NCBI GenBank assembly: GCA_031414315.1
Contig: JANNVF010000446.1
Location: forward strand, 1-36,435
DNA: 36,435 bases
Source of the DNA: Hyphomonadaceae bacterium
GTDB taxonomy: Bacteria > Pseudomonadota > Alphaproteobacteria > Caulobacterales > Aquidulcibacteraceae
Direction: 5' to 3'
Shown: positions 16,709 through 25,119 of the stretch, piece by piece
How the letters are laid out: each line of letters begins with the position of its first letter
How positions within the stretch are numbered: position 1 is the stretch's first letter
Notes under the pieces: model-generated
What the model saw: the letters and a program-made list of their open reading frames with translations, nothing else
Told to the model about the DNA's origin: nothing
Databases searched by the model: none
Program-made: the position numbers and the translations under genes

Positions 16709-16736
16709 AAAAGGCAGGGCCTGAGCGCCACCTGCC
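16709..16736 (-). terminator. terminator-like hairpin with T-run inside the cdnL upstream region
   Basis: The minus strand reads GGCAGG-tggcgctcaggc-CCTGCC TTTT. It ends about 48 nt upstream of the cdnL ATG and about 230 nt downstream of the DUF1761 stop. Confidence 0.4.
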
Positions 16737-16966
16737 CCTTACGTTCTATTGCCTGCCTACAATTGTTTCTGCGGACCCGAGGCGGCACACAGCGCGCCGC
16801 GAGTAGCGACATAGGTATCACAGTTTCTTCATGTTTGGAAGGGCGACGGTCAGCCGCAGCGCGAGGCGTCACCCATGGCGCGCATCTTGCCGCTCACGTG
16901 TGGCTCAGGCGCAGGGCTCGCCTGCGGGAACGCGGCATGCCCGCGTCCCGATCACCGACAGCCCGC

Positions 16967-17359
16967 TCAGTGCCAAAGGCCGAGAATCAGCCCGATCAGC
17001 GTGAACTGCACGGTGTGGTAGCCGCCGTTGATCAGAAACAGTGGCAGCGGCTTGCGCTCGAACAGGTAGTTGGTCCCGAAGCTGGTCGCCACCCAGCAGA
17101 GCCCGGCGGAGAAGCCGTAGGCGGTCGCCATCACCGGCTCCATCTTGCCGAGGAACACCGCGAACATCGCCGCCGCGATCAGCGACAGCACGAACGCGCC
17201 GCCGAAGATGATGGCGGGGTTGCCAGCTGCGGACTGTTCAGGAGTAAGGCCGGAATACTTCATCCACGGCTTCTGGAAGAGCAGCGGCGAATACCAGAGC
17301 CCGCCGACCAGGAAACTCGACAGCGCCGCAGCGAGCACGGCTAACCAGTTTATGTCCAT
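16967..17359 (-). CDS. DUF1761 domain-containing membrane protein
   Basis: ATG 17359 gives MDINWLAVLAAALSSFLVGGLWYSPLLFQKPWM, the typical DUF1761 N-terminus. Four hydrophobic helices. Lies 48 nt downstream of the TetR gene. Confidence 0.85.
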   Translation of the reverse strand: MDINWLAVLAAALSSFLVGGLWYSPLLFQKPWMKYSGLTPEQSAAGNPAIIFGGAFVLSLIAAAMFAVFLGKMEPVMATAYGFSAGLCWVATSFGTNYLFERKPLPLFLINGGYHTVQFTLIGLILGLWH

Positions 17360-17407
17360 GTCTTCCCCCTTTTGTAGCAACGGCCCGGGACTTTTGTATC
17401 TGCCGTT

Positions 17408-18001
17408 TCAGGCGATACTTTTTGCGCGGTGCTCCAGCATCGCGAAGTGCTCGCGCAGCATGGCCACGCCGCGGTCGAAGTAGGCGACGTCGCGGTGCGT
17501 GCGGGCCTGCATGACGCCGCCCTCCATGGTGGTGAGCACGAATTCGGCGAGCGCCTGCTTGTCGGTTCCTGCCGGAATCCGCGCACCGGCCGCGTCAAGA
17601 CAGCCGACGATGGCGCGGGTCCAGCCGGCGAAGTTCACCGCCAGGAGTTCGCGGACCTTCTCGTCCGGCTCATGGAGTTCAAGCGCCAGACTGCCGATCG
17701 GGCAGCCGTAGAGGCAGTCGGTCTCCAGGATCAGGCCGCGATAATGCTTCAGCAGCGCGAAAATCCGCTCCAGCGGATCGTCCACCCCCGCCCAGGCGGG
17801 GGCCAGGAGCTGCTCGTGGATGCCGTCCCGGTAGGCTTCCAGCACGGCGATCAGCACGTCCTGCTTGCCCGGAAACGCATGGTAGAGGCTGCCGCTGTTG
17901 AGCTGGGTGCGGCTCAGGATGTCGGCGATCGACGTCGAGTTGAAGCCCTTCGCCCAGAACAGGTCCATCGCCGCCATGATGATTTTCGTCCGCGCATCCA
18001 T
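17408..18001 (-). CDS. TetR/AcrR family transcriptional regulator
   Basis: Track ORF 17408..18016. HTH: KIIMAAMDLFWAKGFNSTSIADILSRTQLNSGSLYHAFPGKQDV. I prefer ATG 18001 (MDARTKII) because a TTGACA-N17-ATCAAT promoter would start transcription about there. ATG 18016 remains possible. Confidence 0.86.
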   Translation of the reverse strand: MDARTKIIMAAMDLFWAKGFNSTSIADILSRTQLNSGSLYHAFPGKQDVLIAVLEAYRDGIHEQLLAPAWAGVDDPLERIFALLKHYRGLILETDCLYGCPIGSLALELHEPDEKVRELLAVNFAGWTRAIVGCLDAAGARIPAGTDKQALAEFVLTTMEGGVMQARTHRDVAYFDRGVAMLREHFAMLEHRAKSIA

Positions 18002-18004
18002 GAG

Positions 18005-18036
18005 TTGATTGATCATTCAACCAACGGCTTTGTCAA
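18005..18036 (-). promoter_or_regulatory. candidate promoter plus 16-bp near-palindromic operator for the TetR-DUF1761 unit
   Basis: On the minus strand, TTGACA (18036-18031) is followed by a 17-nt spacer and ATCAAT (18013-18008). The palindrome TTGATTGATCATTCAA (18005-18020) has 14 of 16 positions symmetric and overlaps the -10. Confidence 0.35.
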
Positions 18037-18064
18037 GCGGTATCGGATTTGGCGCCGGCGGAAT

Positions 18065-18403
18065 TCAGCGCTGGCCGGGCTTGTCGGAGAAGTACTTCTC
18101 GAATTTCCCCGTCTCGTCGCGGAACGCGTCGGCGTCCGGGGGGGCGTCGCCCTTGTGGGCGATGTTCGGCCAGACCTTCGCGAAGTCGGTGTTGATCTTC
18201 AGCCACTTGCCGTCCGGGGTGTCCTCGGTGTCGGGCTTGATGGCGTCGACGGGGCATTCCGGCTCGCAGACGCCGCAGTCGATGCATTCGTCCGGGTGGA
18301 TCACCAGGAAGTTTTCGCCCTCGTAGAAGCAGTCGACCGGGCACACGTCCACGCAGTCCATGAACTTACATTTCACGCAGGCGTCGGTGACGATGTAGGT
18401 CAT
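18065..18403 (-). CDS. fdxA: 7Fe ferredoxin ([3Fe-4S][4Fe-4S], FdxA type)
   Basis: 112 aa. [55 protein letters not shown] shows the canonical Cys spacing. Confidence 0.95.
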   Translation of the reverse strand: MTYIVTDACVKCKFMDCVDVCPVDCFYEGENFLVIHPDECIDCGVCEPECPVDAIKPDTEDTPDGKWLKINTDFAKVWPNIAHKGDAPPDADAFRDETGKFEKYFSDKPGQR

Positions 18404-18762
18404 CGTGGAGTGTCTTCCTCAGAGGCGGGGTGGACATGCTCAGGCCCGGGGTCCCCGTCAAGAAAGCCGTCCTTAAGCGTGTCGCCAAGGTCCTCATAGA
18501 GCGCGCGCGCTTCCGCCGCAGGGCCGCGACGGATACCCGGGCCCAGCACGCGCACTGTCCGCAACGTCTCCCCGAGCCGAAAGGACACCCCGTCGCCGGC
18601 CTCGACCGCCAGCGCCGGCTTGTCCACGGCGCGGCTCTGCCCGTTGCGCTCCACGAACACCCCGCCCTCGGCGATCACGGCCGCCGCCAGGCTGCGCGTC
18701 TTGAAGAACCGGGCGCGCCAGAGCCAGACGTCCAGCCGGCACCGCAGCCGCTCACCACTCAT
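18400..18762 (-). CDS. S4 domain RNA-binding protein (Hsp15-like)
   Basis: Only the last 120 aa of track ORF 18400..19113 look real. ATG 18762 gives [41 protein letters not shown]. It has ATGA overlaps with the helicase stop (18759-18762) and the fdxA start (18400-18403). Confidence 0.88.
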   Translation of the reverse strand: MSGERLRCRLDVWLWRARFFKTRSLAAAVIAEGGVFVERNGQSRAVDKPALAVEAGDGVSFRLGETLRTVRVLGPGIRRGPAAEARALYEDLGDTLKDGFLDGDPGPEHVHPASEEDTPR

Positions 18763-21356
18763 GAAGCCGTTCCTCCGCGCTTTTGCTCGACCAGGGCCGC
18801 GAGGCCCGAAAATGCCGTGTCCGGGACGTCGCCGGGTTTGCGGGTGTCGCGGCCCGGCGCCCCCTGCCGCCAGCGCGACGGCGCGCCGGTAGCAGGGTCC
18901 GCCAGCACCACCCGCCGATAGCCGAGCGCCGCCAGCACACCCTCCAGATCCTTCGGCCCGCAGCCGACCAGCGAGCAGAACGTGGGATCGAGCGGAAAGT
19001 CCCGCCCATCGCCCTTGCCGGCGCTGCAGGCCGACGCCAGCCGCTCCAGCGCATCGAAGCGCACGGCGCGTGGGCCGGCAGGCCGGTAGCCGGCGGCGGC
19101 GTAGCTGCCCCACGACCGACCCGGATCGATCGGCACGGACTGCGCACCCGACCCCGGCAGGAAAAGCCCCGCAGGCTCCGGCTCGGCGGCGGCGCGCAGG
19201 ATCGCGTGCAGGCGGGCGGCTTTCAACTTGAGAAGGTTGGGAATGAACACACTGTGACGGCCGATGCGGACGCAGAGTTTGGCCAGCGCCTTGCGATCAT
19301 CGGAGCCAAGCGGCGTCACCGCATCGGCCGCCGCGCGGCGATCGAGCGCGCCGCCGTTTTCGAGCAGCTGAAAGGCGAGGCCCCGGGCAGGACCAGGCAG
19401 CGTCGGACCGCGCGCCTTCAAGCTCGCATCAGCGCCGGAGGCGGGTTTGAAAGCGCGCGGTCCCGACTCCAGTGCGGCATGCAGCCGGACGAGCGGACCC
19501 AGATCAACGGCGATAACGTGTTTCAGCCACGCCTCGATCCGCGCCTTGCCCGCCGCCGCCATCTGCGGATCACCGACATCGCCGCCGATCAGCCGCACGA
19601 CCGGTTGCAGCGTCAGCGCACCCGCATCGAGCCGCGCGACGGCGTCACCGTCGAAATGGACGCGTCCATCGGCATCGAGCCGGAACGCAGTGTCATTGGC
19701 TTCAGCGATCGCGCGCAGACGGCGCGTCACTTCCGGCCGCAACGCGCGGAACGCCGCGCCGCGCACCGCCTGCGCCTCGCGGCCGCCCGCGCGCGGATCG
19801 GGCTTGAACGTCAGGCCATCGAGGCGTCCGACGTAGTGGCCTTCCACCGTCACCTCGCCTTCCGGCGACACGCCGGCGAGCAGCACGTCGTTCTGCTTCA
19901 GGCTGCGCATCAGCACGCTGGTGCGGCGGTCGATGAAGCGCTGCGTCAGCACTTCGTGCAGCGCGTCGGAGAGGCGGTCCTCCACCTCGCGCGTGCGCAC
20001 GCGCCAGCCTTCGCAGTCGTCGATCCAGTCCGGGCGATTGGCGGCGTAGGTCCAGGTGCGGATGTGCGCGAGGCGGGCCTGCAGCGCGTCGAGATCACCC
20101 GTGGTGCGATCGAGGTGCGTCATTTCGCGGGCGATCCAGTCCTGCGGGATGCGCTGCGTGGGGCCAAGCAGATGCGTGGCGAATTCACCGATCAGGCGGG
20201 CGTGTTCGTCAGGCGTGGCCTTGCGGAAATCCGGCGTCTGGCAGACGTCCCACAGCCGCGTGACATCGCTGCGCCGCGTGATCCGCTCCATGAGATCGGT
20301 ATCCATGGCGATGCGCTTCAGCGTGGTTTCATCCACCGCGCCGCGCACGCGCAGGATGCCGGGCTGGTCGGGTGGCGTCTCCAGCGAGCGGATGAGCTTC
20401 GCCACCGAACCAAAATCCAGATCCGGCGAGCGCCATTCCACCGACACGTGCGGTTCGAACTCGTGGCTCTGCACCCGCAGGATAGTTTCCTCGTCGAACG
20501 GCGGGCAGTCGCCGGTCTCGCCGAACGTGCCGTCATCCTCGAATCGCCCCGCGCGGCCGGCGATCTGCGCCACTTCATCGGGCCGCAGCACGCGGTTGCG
20601 GCGGCCGTCGAACTTCGCGCGCGACGCGAACGCGACATGGTCCACGTCCATGTTCAGGCCCATGCCGATCGCGTCGGTGGCGACGAGGAAATCGACTTCG
20701 CCGGACTGGTACAAGCCGACCTGCGCGTTGCGCGTGCGCGGACTGAGCGCGCCCATCACCACCGCCGCGCCGCCGCGCTGGCGCCGGATCAGTTCCGCGA
20801 TGGCGTAAACTTCCTCCGCGCTGAACGCGACGATGGCGGTGCGCTTGGGCAACTTGGTGAGCTTGCGCGGCCCGGCATACGTGAGGGTCGACAACCGTTC
20901 GCGCCGAACGATCTCGGCGTGCGGCAAGAGGCGCCGGATCAGCGGACGCATGGTGTCGGCGCCGAGCAGCATCGTCTCGGACTGGCCGCGCGCATGCAGG
21001 ATGCGGTGCGTGAAGATGTGGCCGCGGTCAGGGTCTGTCGCCAGCTGGATTTCATCGACCGCGAGGAAGTCCACCGGCCGCTCCAGCGGCATCGCCTCCA
21101 CGGTGCACACGAAGTAGCGCGCGCCCTCGGGGACGATCTTTTCCTCGCCGGTGACCAGCGCGGCGGCGCGCACGCCCTTCTGCCGGACGACCTTGTCGTA
21201 GACCTCCCGCGCCAGCAGCCGCAGCGGCAGGCCGATCATGCCGGAGCCGTGGGCCAGCATCCGCTCGATGGCGAGGTGGGTCTTGCCGGTGTTGGTGGGG
21301 CCCAGCACGGCGACGATGCGCCCCTCTGGCCGGTCTTCAGGCCGGGCTCTGGTCAT
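18759..21356 (-). CDS. ATP-dependent helicase, SUV3-like superfamily 2
   Basis: 865 aa. Walker A GPTNTGKT, a DEIQ box (AVDEIQLA), helicase-C motifs (ATDAIGMGLN, QIAGRAGR) and a long C-terminal extension. Confidence 0.92.
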   Translation of the reverse strand: MTRARPEDRPEGRIVAVLGPTNTGKTHLAIERMLAHGSGMIGLPLRLLAREVYDKVVRQKGVRAAALVTGEEKIVPEGARYFVCTVEAMPLERPVDFLAVDEIQLATDPDRGHIFTHRILHARGQSETMLLGADTMRPLIRRLLPHAEIVRRERLSTLTYAGPRKLTKLPKRTAIVAFSAEEVYAIAELIRRQRGGAAVVMGALSPRTRNAQVGLYQSGEVDFLVATDAIGMGLNMDVDHVAFASRAKFDGRRNRVLRPDEVAQIAGRAGRFEDDGTFGETGDCPPFDEETILRVQSHEFEPHVSVEWRSPDLDFGSVAKLIRSLETPPDQPGILRVRGAVDETTLKRIAMDTDLMERITRRSDVTRLWDVCQTPDFRKATPDEHARLIGEFATHLLGPTQRIPQDWIAREMTHLDRTTGDLDALQARLAHIRTWTYAANRPDWIDDCEGWRVRTREVEDRLSDALHEVLTQRFIDRRTSVLMRSLKQNDVLLAGVSPEGEVTVEGHYVGRLDGLTFKPDPRAGGREAQAVRGAAFRALRPEVTRRLRAIAEANDTAFRLDADGRVHFDGDAVARLDAGALTLQPVVRLIGGDVGDPQMAAAGKARIEAWLKHVIAVDLGPLVRLHAALESGPRAFKPASGADASLKARGPTLPGPARGLAFQLLENGGALDRRAAADAVTPLGSDDRKALAKLCVRIGRHSVFIPNLLKLKAARLHAILRAAAEPEPAGLFLPGSGAQSVPIDPGRSWGSYAAAGYRPAGPRAVRFDALERLASACSAGKGDGRDFPLDPTFCSLVGCGPKDLEGVLAALGYRRVVLADPATGAPSRWRQGAPGRDTRKPGDVPDTAFSGLAALVEQKRGGTAS

Positions 21357-21591
21357 GGCTGGCGCTTCCCTTGAAACCCTGAAATGGCGTGCGCCGCCGC
21401 CCGAGACAAGCCGCGCCCTGCCGAGCCGCCAACCCTCTAAAATTGTTGCCCCCGCGCATCACCCGGCGGGGATTTCCCCCGCGGCGCGCCCCCTGCGGGC
21501 GAAACACGTTTGCGCGGCCCGTCCCGCCGTTAACCATTTCCCCAATCGCGACGAGACCGCCCAGAAGCGGCGGTCGCCCTGGGAGGAAGAC

Positions 21592-23979
21592 ATGACCTTG
21601 AACAAGCTGCGCCGCGCCGCGCTGACCACTGTAAGCGCGCTCGCGCTGATCGCGACGGCGGTGACCGCCACCCCCGCCTTCGCCCAGGAGGCGAGCGACT
21701 CCGACGAGATCATCGTCACCGCCCGCAAGCGCGACGAGGCGCTGCTCGATGTGCCGTTCTCCGTCAACGCGCTCTCCGAAGCCCAGCTGCGCGATCGCGG
21801 CGCGGTGACGCTGGAGGATCTCTCCCGCAACGTCGCCGGCTTCTCGGTGCAGAACCTCGGCCCCGGCCAGAGCCAGGTCGCCATTCGCGGCATCTCCGCC
21901 GGCCAGATCGTCCGCGACCAGCCGGGCGTGAAAGAGCAGGTCGGCGTCTATCTCGATGAAAGCGTGATCTCGCTCTCGCTGTTTACCCCGGATCTCGACC
22001 TCTTCGATCTGAAGCGCGTGGAAGTGCTGCGCGGGCCGCAGGGCACGCTGTACGGCTCGGGCTCGCTCGCCGGCACCGTGCGCTACATCACCAACCAGCC
22101 CTCCACCGAAGCCTTCGAAGGCGCCGTGGAGATGACCGTCAACGCCGTGGAAGACGGCGAGTTCGGCGGCGATCTGAAGGGCATGGTCAACATCCCGCTC
22201 GGCACGAAAGCGGCGCTGCGCATTGTCGGGTATGGCTCGGGCTTCCCCGGCTTCATCGACGCGCGCCAGCCCGGCGGCGGGATCAACGAGGATGTGAACG
22301 GGGGCTCGCGCACTGGCGTGCGTGCAGCGCTGATGCTGCAGCCGACGCCGGCGCTCACCATCACGCCGCGCGTACTCTACCAGGATATCAACGTCGACGG
22401 GTTCAACCGCGTTGATCGCTTCAACATTCTCGGCAACCAGTTCACGACCACAAGACCGGCCGTCACGCTGGGCGACCTGCAGCAGTTCACGCAGCTGGAG
22501 GAAAAGTTCGAAGACGAGTTCCTGCTCGCCGATCTCAACATCCAGTACGATTTCGGCGCCGTGTCGCTCACCTCGGTGACCACCTACACCGACCGCGACG
22601 TGCTGGTGTACCGCGACGCCACGCAGCTCACCGGCTCGATCACCGGCCAGCCCGGCGTGTTCGATCCTGCAGGCCTGCCGGAAGCGGTCTACACGCTCAA
22701 CGCGCCGCTGGCCGACACCACCGCGCTCAAGACGCTGACGCAGGAACTGCGGCTCGGCTCCAACGGTGACAACCGCCTCGACTGGACGGTAGGCGTCTTC
22801 TACAGCGACGTGGACCGCGACTACGCGCAGGATCTGTCGGTGATCGGCTTCACCGCGCTGACCGGCATCCCCACCGCGGGCGTGCGCGCGCCGACCGACC
22901 ACCTCTACTTCTCCACCGTGCCGTACACGCTGAAGCAGTACGCGATCTTCGGCGAAGCCACGCTGGCGCTCACCGACAAGCTCGATGCGACGGTGGGTGT
23001 GCGTTATTCCAGCTACGAGGAAGAGCGCAAGCTCACGTTCGACGGCGTGTTCGCGGTGCAGACCATCGACGTGCCCGGCAGCGTGGAAGACGATGACGTC
23101 GCCCCGCGTGTTATCCTCTCCTATCACGTCACCGACGATCTGACCTTCAACGCGCAGGCCGCGAAGGGCTTCCGTCTGGGCGGCATCAACGATCCGCTGA
23201 ACGCACCGCTCTGCGGCGCCGCCGATCTCGCCACCTTCGGCGCGATCCGCACCGACACGTTCGCGAACGAAACCGCCTGGAACTACGAGGGCGGCATGAA
23301 GGCGCGCCTGGCGGGCGGGCGCGGCAGCTTCACGTTCGCGGGGTTCTACTCCGACATCGAGAACCTGCAGGCCACCATCGACGCCGGCAACTGTTCCTCG
23401 CGCGTCATCGCCAGCGTGCCGTCGGCGCGCTCGATCGGCGCGGAAGCGGAATACACGATGCAGCTGAACGACAACTTCGATCTGGCGTTGTCGGCGTCGT
23501 ACAACCAGAGCGAACTGACTTCGAGTGTGACGGACGCCGGCGGCGTGCCGATCCAGGGCCTGCGCGACGGCAACCGTCTGCCAACGGTGCCTGAGTTCCA
23601 GGCCGCCGCGAGCCTCGGCTACGAAGCCCCGGTCAACGACCGGATGCGTGGCTTCGGCAACGTCACCTACCAGTACGTCGGCGAACGGTTCACGCAGATC
23701 TCCGATCAGGAAGGCAATCCCCGCACCGTCACGCTGATCCCGATCGGTGCGCCGAGCGTGGGCACGCTCACCTTCCCGCTCGGCCTGCCGAGCTATCAGG
23801 TGGTCAACCTGCGCGCCGGCATCCGCGGCGACAGCTGGGAGCTCGCCGGCTTCGTCAACAACGTCACCGACGAACGCGCCGAACTGGCCATCGACCGCGA
23901 ACGCGGCCTGCGCGCGCGCTACGGCTTCCTGACCAACCAGCCGCGCACGGTGGGCGTCACGCTGCGCAAGACATTCTGA
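21592..23979 (+). CDS. TonB-dependent receptor
   Basis: ATG 21592 (GGGAGGAAG upstream) inside track ORF 21238..23979. Signal peptide ending AFAQE, TonB box DEIIVTA, a plug (VEVLRGPQGTLYGSGSLAGTV) and a beta-barrel ending LRKTF. Confidence 0.92.
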   Translation: MTLNKLRRAALTTVSALALIATAVTATPAFAQEASDSDEIIVTARKRDEALLDVPFSVNALSEAQLRDRGAVTLEDLSRNVAGFSVQNLGPGQSQVAIRGISAGQIVRDQPGVKEQVGVYLDESVISLSLFTPDLDLFDLKRVEVLRGPQGTLYGSGSLAGTVRYITNQPSTEAFEGAVEMTVNAVEDGEFGGDLKGMVNIPLGTKAALRIVGYGSGFPGFIDARQPGGGINEDVNGGSRTGVRAALMLQPTPALTITPRVLYQDINVDGFNRVDRFNILGNQFTTTRPAVTLGDLQQFTQLEEKFEDEFLLADLNIQYDFGAVSLTSVTTYTDRDVLVYRDATQLTGSITGQPGVFDPAGLPEAVYTLNAPLADTTALKTLTQELRLGSNGDNRLDWTVGVFYSDVDRDYAQDLSVIGFTALTGIPTAGVRAPTDHLYFSTVPYTLKQYAIFGEATLALTDKLDATVGVRYSSYEEERKLTFDGVFAVQTIDVPGSVEDDDVAPRVILSYHVTDDLTFNAQAAKGFRLGGINDPLNAPLCGAADLATFGAIRTDTFANETAWNYEGGMKARLAGGRGSFTFAGFYSDIENLQATIDAGNCSSRVIASVPSARSIGAEAEYTMQLNDNFDLALSASYNQSELTSSVTDAGGVPIQGLRDGNRLPTVPEFQAAASLGYEAPVNDRMRGFGNVTYQYVGERFTQISDQEGNPRTVTLIPIGAPSVGTLTFPLGLPSYQVVNLRAGIRGDSWELAGFVNNVTDERAELAIDRERGLRARYGFLTNQPRTVGVTLRKTF

Positions 23980-24031
23980 GCGTTTGCGTCACTGAACAGG
24001 AGGGCGGGCCGTCGAGTGCCCGCCCTTTTTT
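23939..24031 (+). repeat. left copy of a ~95-bp imperfect direct repeat (last ~13 codons of the TonB receptor gene plus its terminator)
   Basis: agCCGCGCaCGGTGGgCG..CTGCGCAAGAcaTTCTGAGCgTTTGCGtCACTGAACaGGAgGGCGGGCC..., compared with 25120-25216. Confidence 0.6.
24002..24031 (+). terminator. intrinsic terminator of the TonB-dependent receptor gene
   Basis: GGGCGGGC cgtcgagt GCCCGCCC followed by TTTTTT. Confidence 0.8.
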
Positions 24032-25119
24032 GTTGGGAGACACGTCGACCCTTCACTTCTCCACCCGGCGTTGGGATGCTGGAAACCGCGTTTGGAACAT
24101 GTTATTGAAACGGTAATTCTCAATCGGCCAAAGCGCTTGAACGCGGAGCGGCGAGTGAGGTTTTAGCTGTGCCGAGCGCCAAACAGATACCCGTTCGCGT
24201 TGAGGTCAAGAGCTCCGCGCTTCAAACGACCGCTCTCCTGTTGTCCACAACAACGGCTGCACTGGCGCTTCCGTCCGCAATTGCGTCCGCGTTGCCGAAC
24301 CTCATTCAGTACGGGACCATCCTTGCGTTCATAGTCGCGAACTACAGACGACTGGTCGCTTTTGTCTTTGACGCTTTGCCCCTCCATCTTGACCAACTGA
24401 GCCGCGACGTCATCGTCGTCTCGGCGCTCACGTTTGTGGCTCTCAACATCGAAAGCTGGAACAAGAACGGGAAATCGTTCTTGCTGGTGCTGAACGATGT
24501 CCTCTGGTCACCTGTTCGATCTTCGAGAGAGTATGTCGGCGTATTTTCGATTGCGGGGTTCCTGCCAAATCTGATGTACAGCGTGCTGAGCGCCCCCATT
24601 CTCTTGTTGACTGCTATTGCAGCCGCAGCGGGAGGATCAGTCAGTGGAATAGCTGGTGTAGACGCGCTCTCGTTGGCTGCGCTCGCCGTGCTTTTCTTTT
24701 TGGTGGTTCAACCTCTAATCGGTTGGCACAGCCTTTCTGACGTCAATTGGGGCGTTGCGCTGTTGTGTCTTGCGCTCTGCATTTACGCCGCCATCGGGGC
24801 ACGCTGGATCAATCGCGAATCTCTCGATGAGGAACAGGGCATCAGCAAGGGGGCGCTTGGCGAAGGCGATGGTACGAAGGAGGGTAATCCCTGGCTGCGT
24901 GCAATCGTCGAGATCGTGTTCCTTCCGGTGCGATTGGTCTTCGTGGCTCCAATCTTCATTGCTGTGGCAATTGCAAATTCGCTACGCACGATCATGTTGA
25001 CTGCAGGAGCGCTGACGCTTTTGTTGGTCATCAACGAGGGCTTGTCACGACTGGCGACGGCGTATCAGCACCAATGAAATTGGTCATAGGGCGCGAGCAG
25101 ACAGGCTATCGAAGCCTCT
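24032..25119. other. ~1.1-kb low-GC insert (about 50-52% GC against ~68% in the flanks) between the direct repeats
   Basis: GC counted by hand on 60-nt lines (24061-24120: 30/60; 24421-24480: 31/60). It contains a single ORF and no integrase or transposase. Confidence 0.55.
24169..25077 (+). CDS. orphan polytopic membrane protein (about 7-8 predicted TM helices), unknown family
   Basis: 302 aa, the only long ORF in the low-GC insert. GTG start with GAGTGAGG upstream. Repeated hydrophobic stretches (ILAFIVANY, VIVVSALTFVAL, PILLLTAIAAAAGG, LAALAVLFFLVVQPLIGW, VALLCLALCIYAAIG, FVAPIFIAVAIANSL, LTAGALTLLLVI). A possible promoter is TTGGAA (24092-24097), N16, TAATTC (24114-24119). Confidence 0.62.
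   Translation: MPSAKQIPVRVEVKSSALQTTALLLSTTTAALALPSAIASALPNLIQYGTILAFIVANYRRLVAFVFDALPLHLDQLSRDVIVVSALTFVALNIESWNKNGKSFLLVLNDVLWSPVRSSREYVGVFSIAGFLPNLMYSVLSAPILLLTAIAAAAGGSVSGIAGVDALSLAALAVLFFLVVQPLIGWHSLSDVNWGVALLCLALCIYAAIGARWINRESLDEEQGISKGALGEGDGTKEGNPWLRAIVEIVFLPVRLVFVAPIFIAVAIANSLRTIMLTAGALTLLLVINEGLSRLATAYQHQ

Noticed and set aside
18783-21374. 863-aa plus-strand ORF
   Set aside because: It is a full-length antisense shadow of the helicase gene. The translation is Arg/Ala/Gly-rich with no motifs, whereas the minus frame carries Walker A, DEIQ and helicase-C motifs. This is typical of high-GC DNA.
21337-23127. 596-aa minus-strand ORF
   Set aside because: It is antisense to the TonB-dependent receptor, which has a TonB box, a plug and a C-terminal Phe. 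The composition is low-complexity and rich in R, G, A and E.
24032-25119. Calling the low-GC insert a mobile element (IS, MITE or integrative element)
   Set aside because: It has no transposase or integrase and no terminal inverted repeats, only the flanking direct repeats. It is reported as an insert or scar rather than a mobile_element feature.
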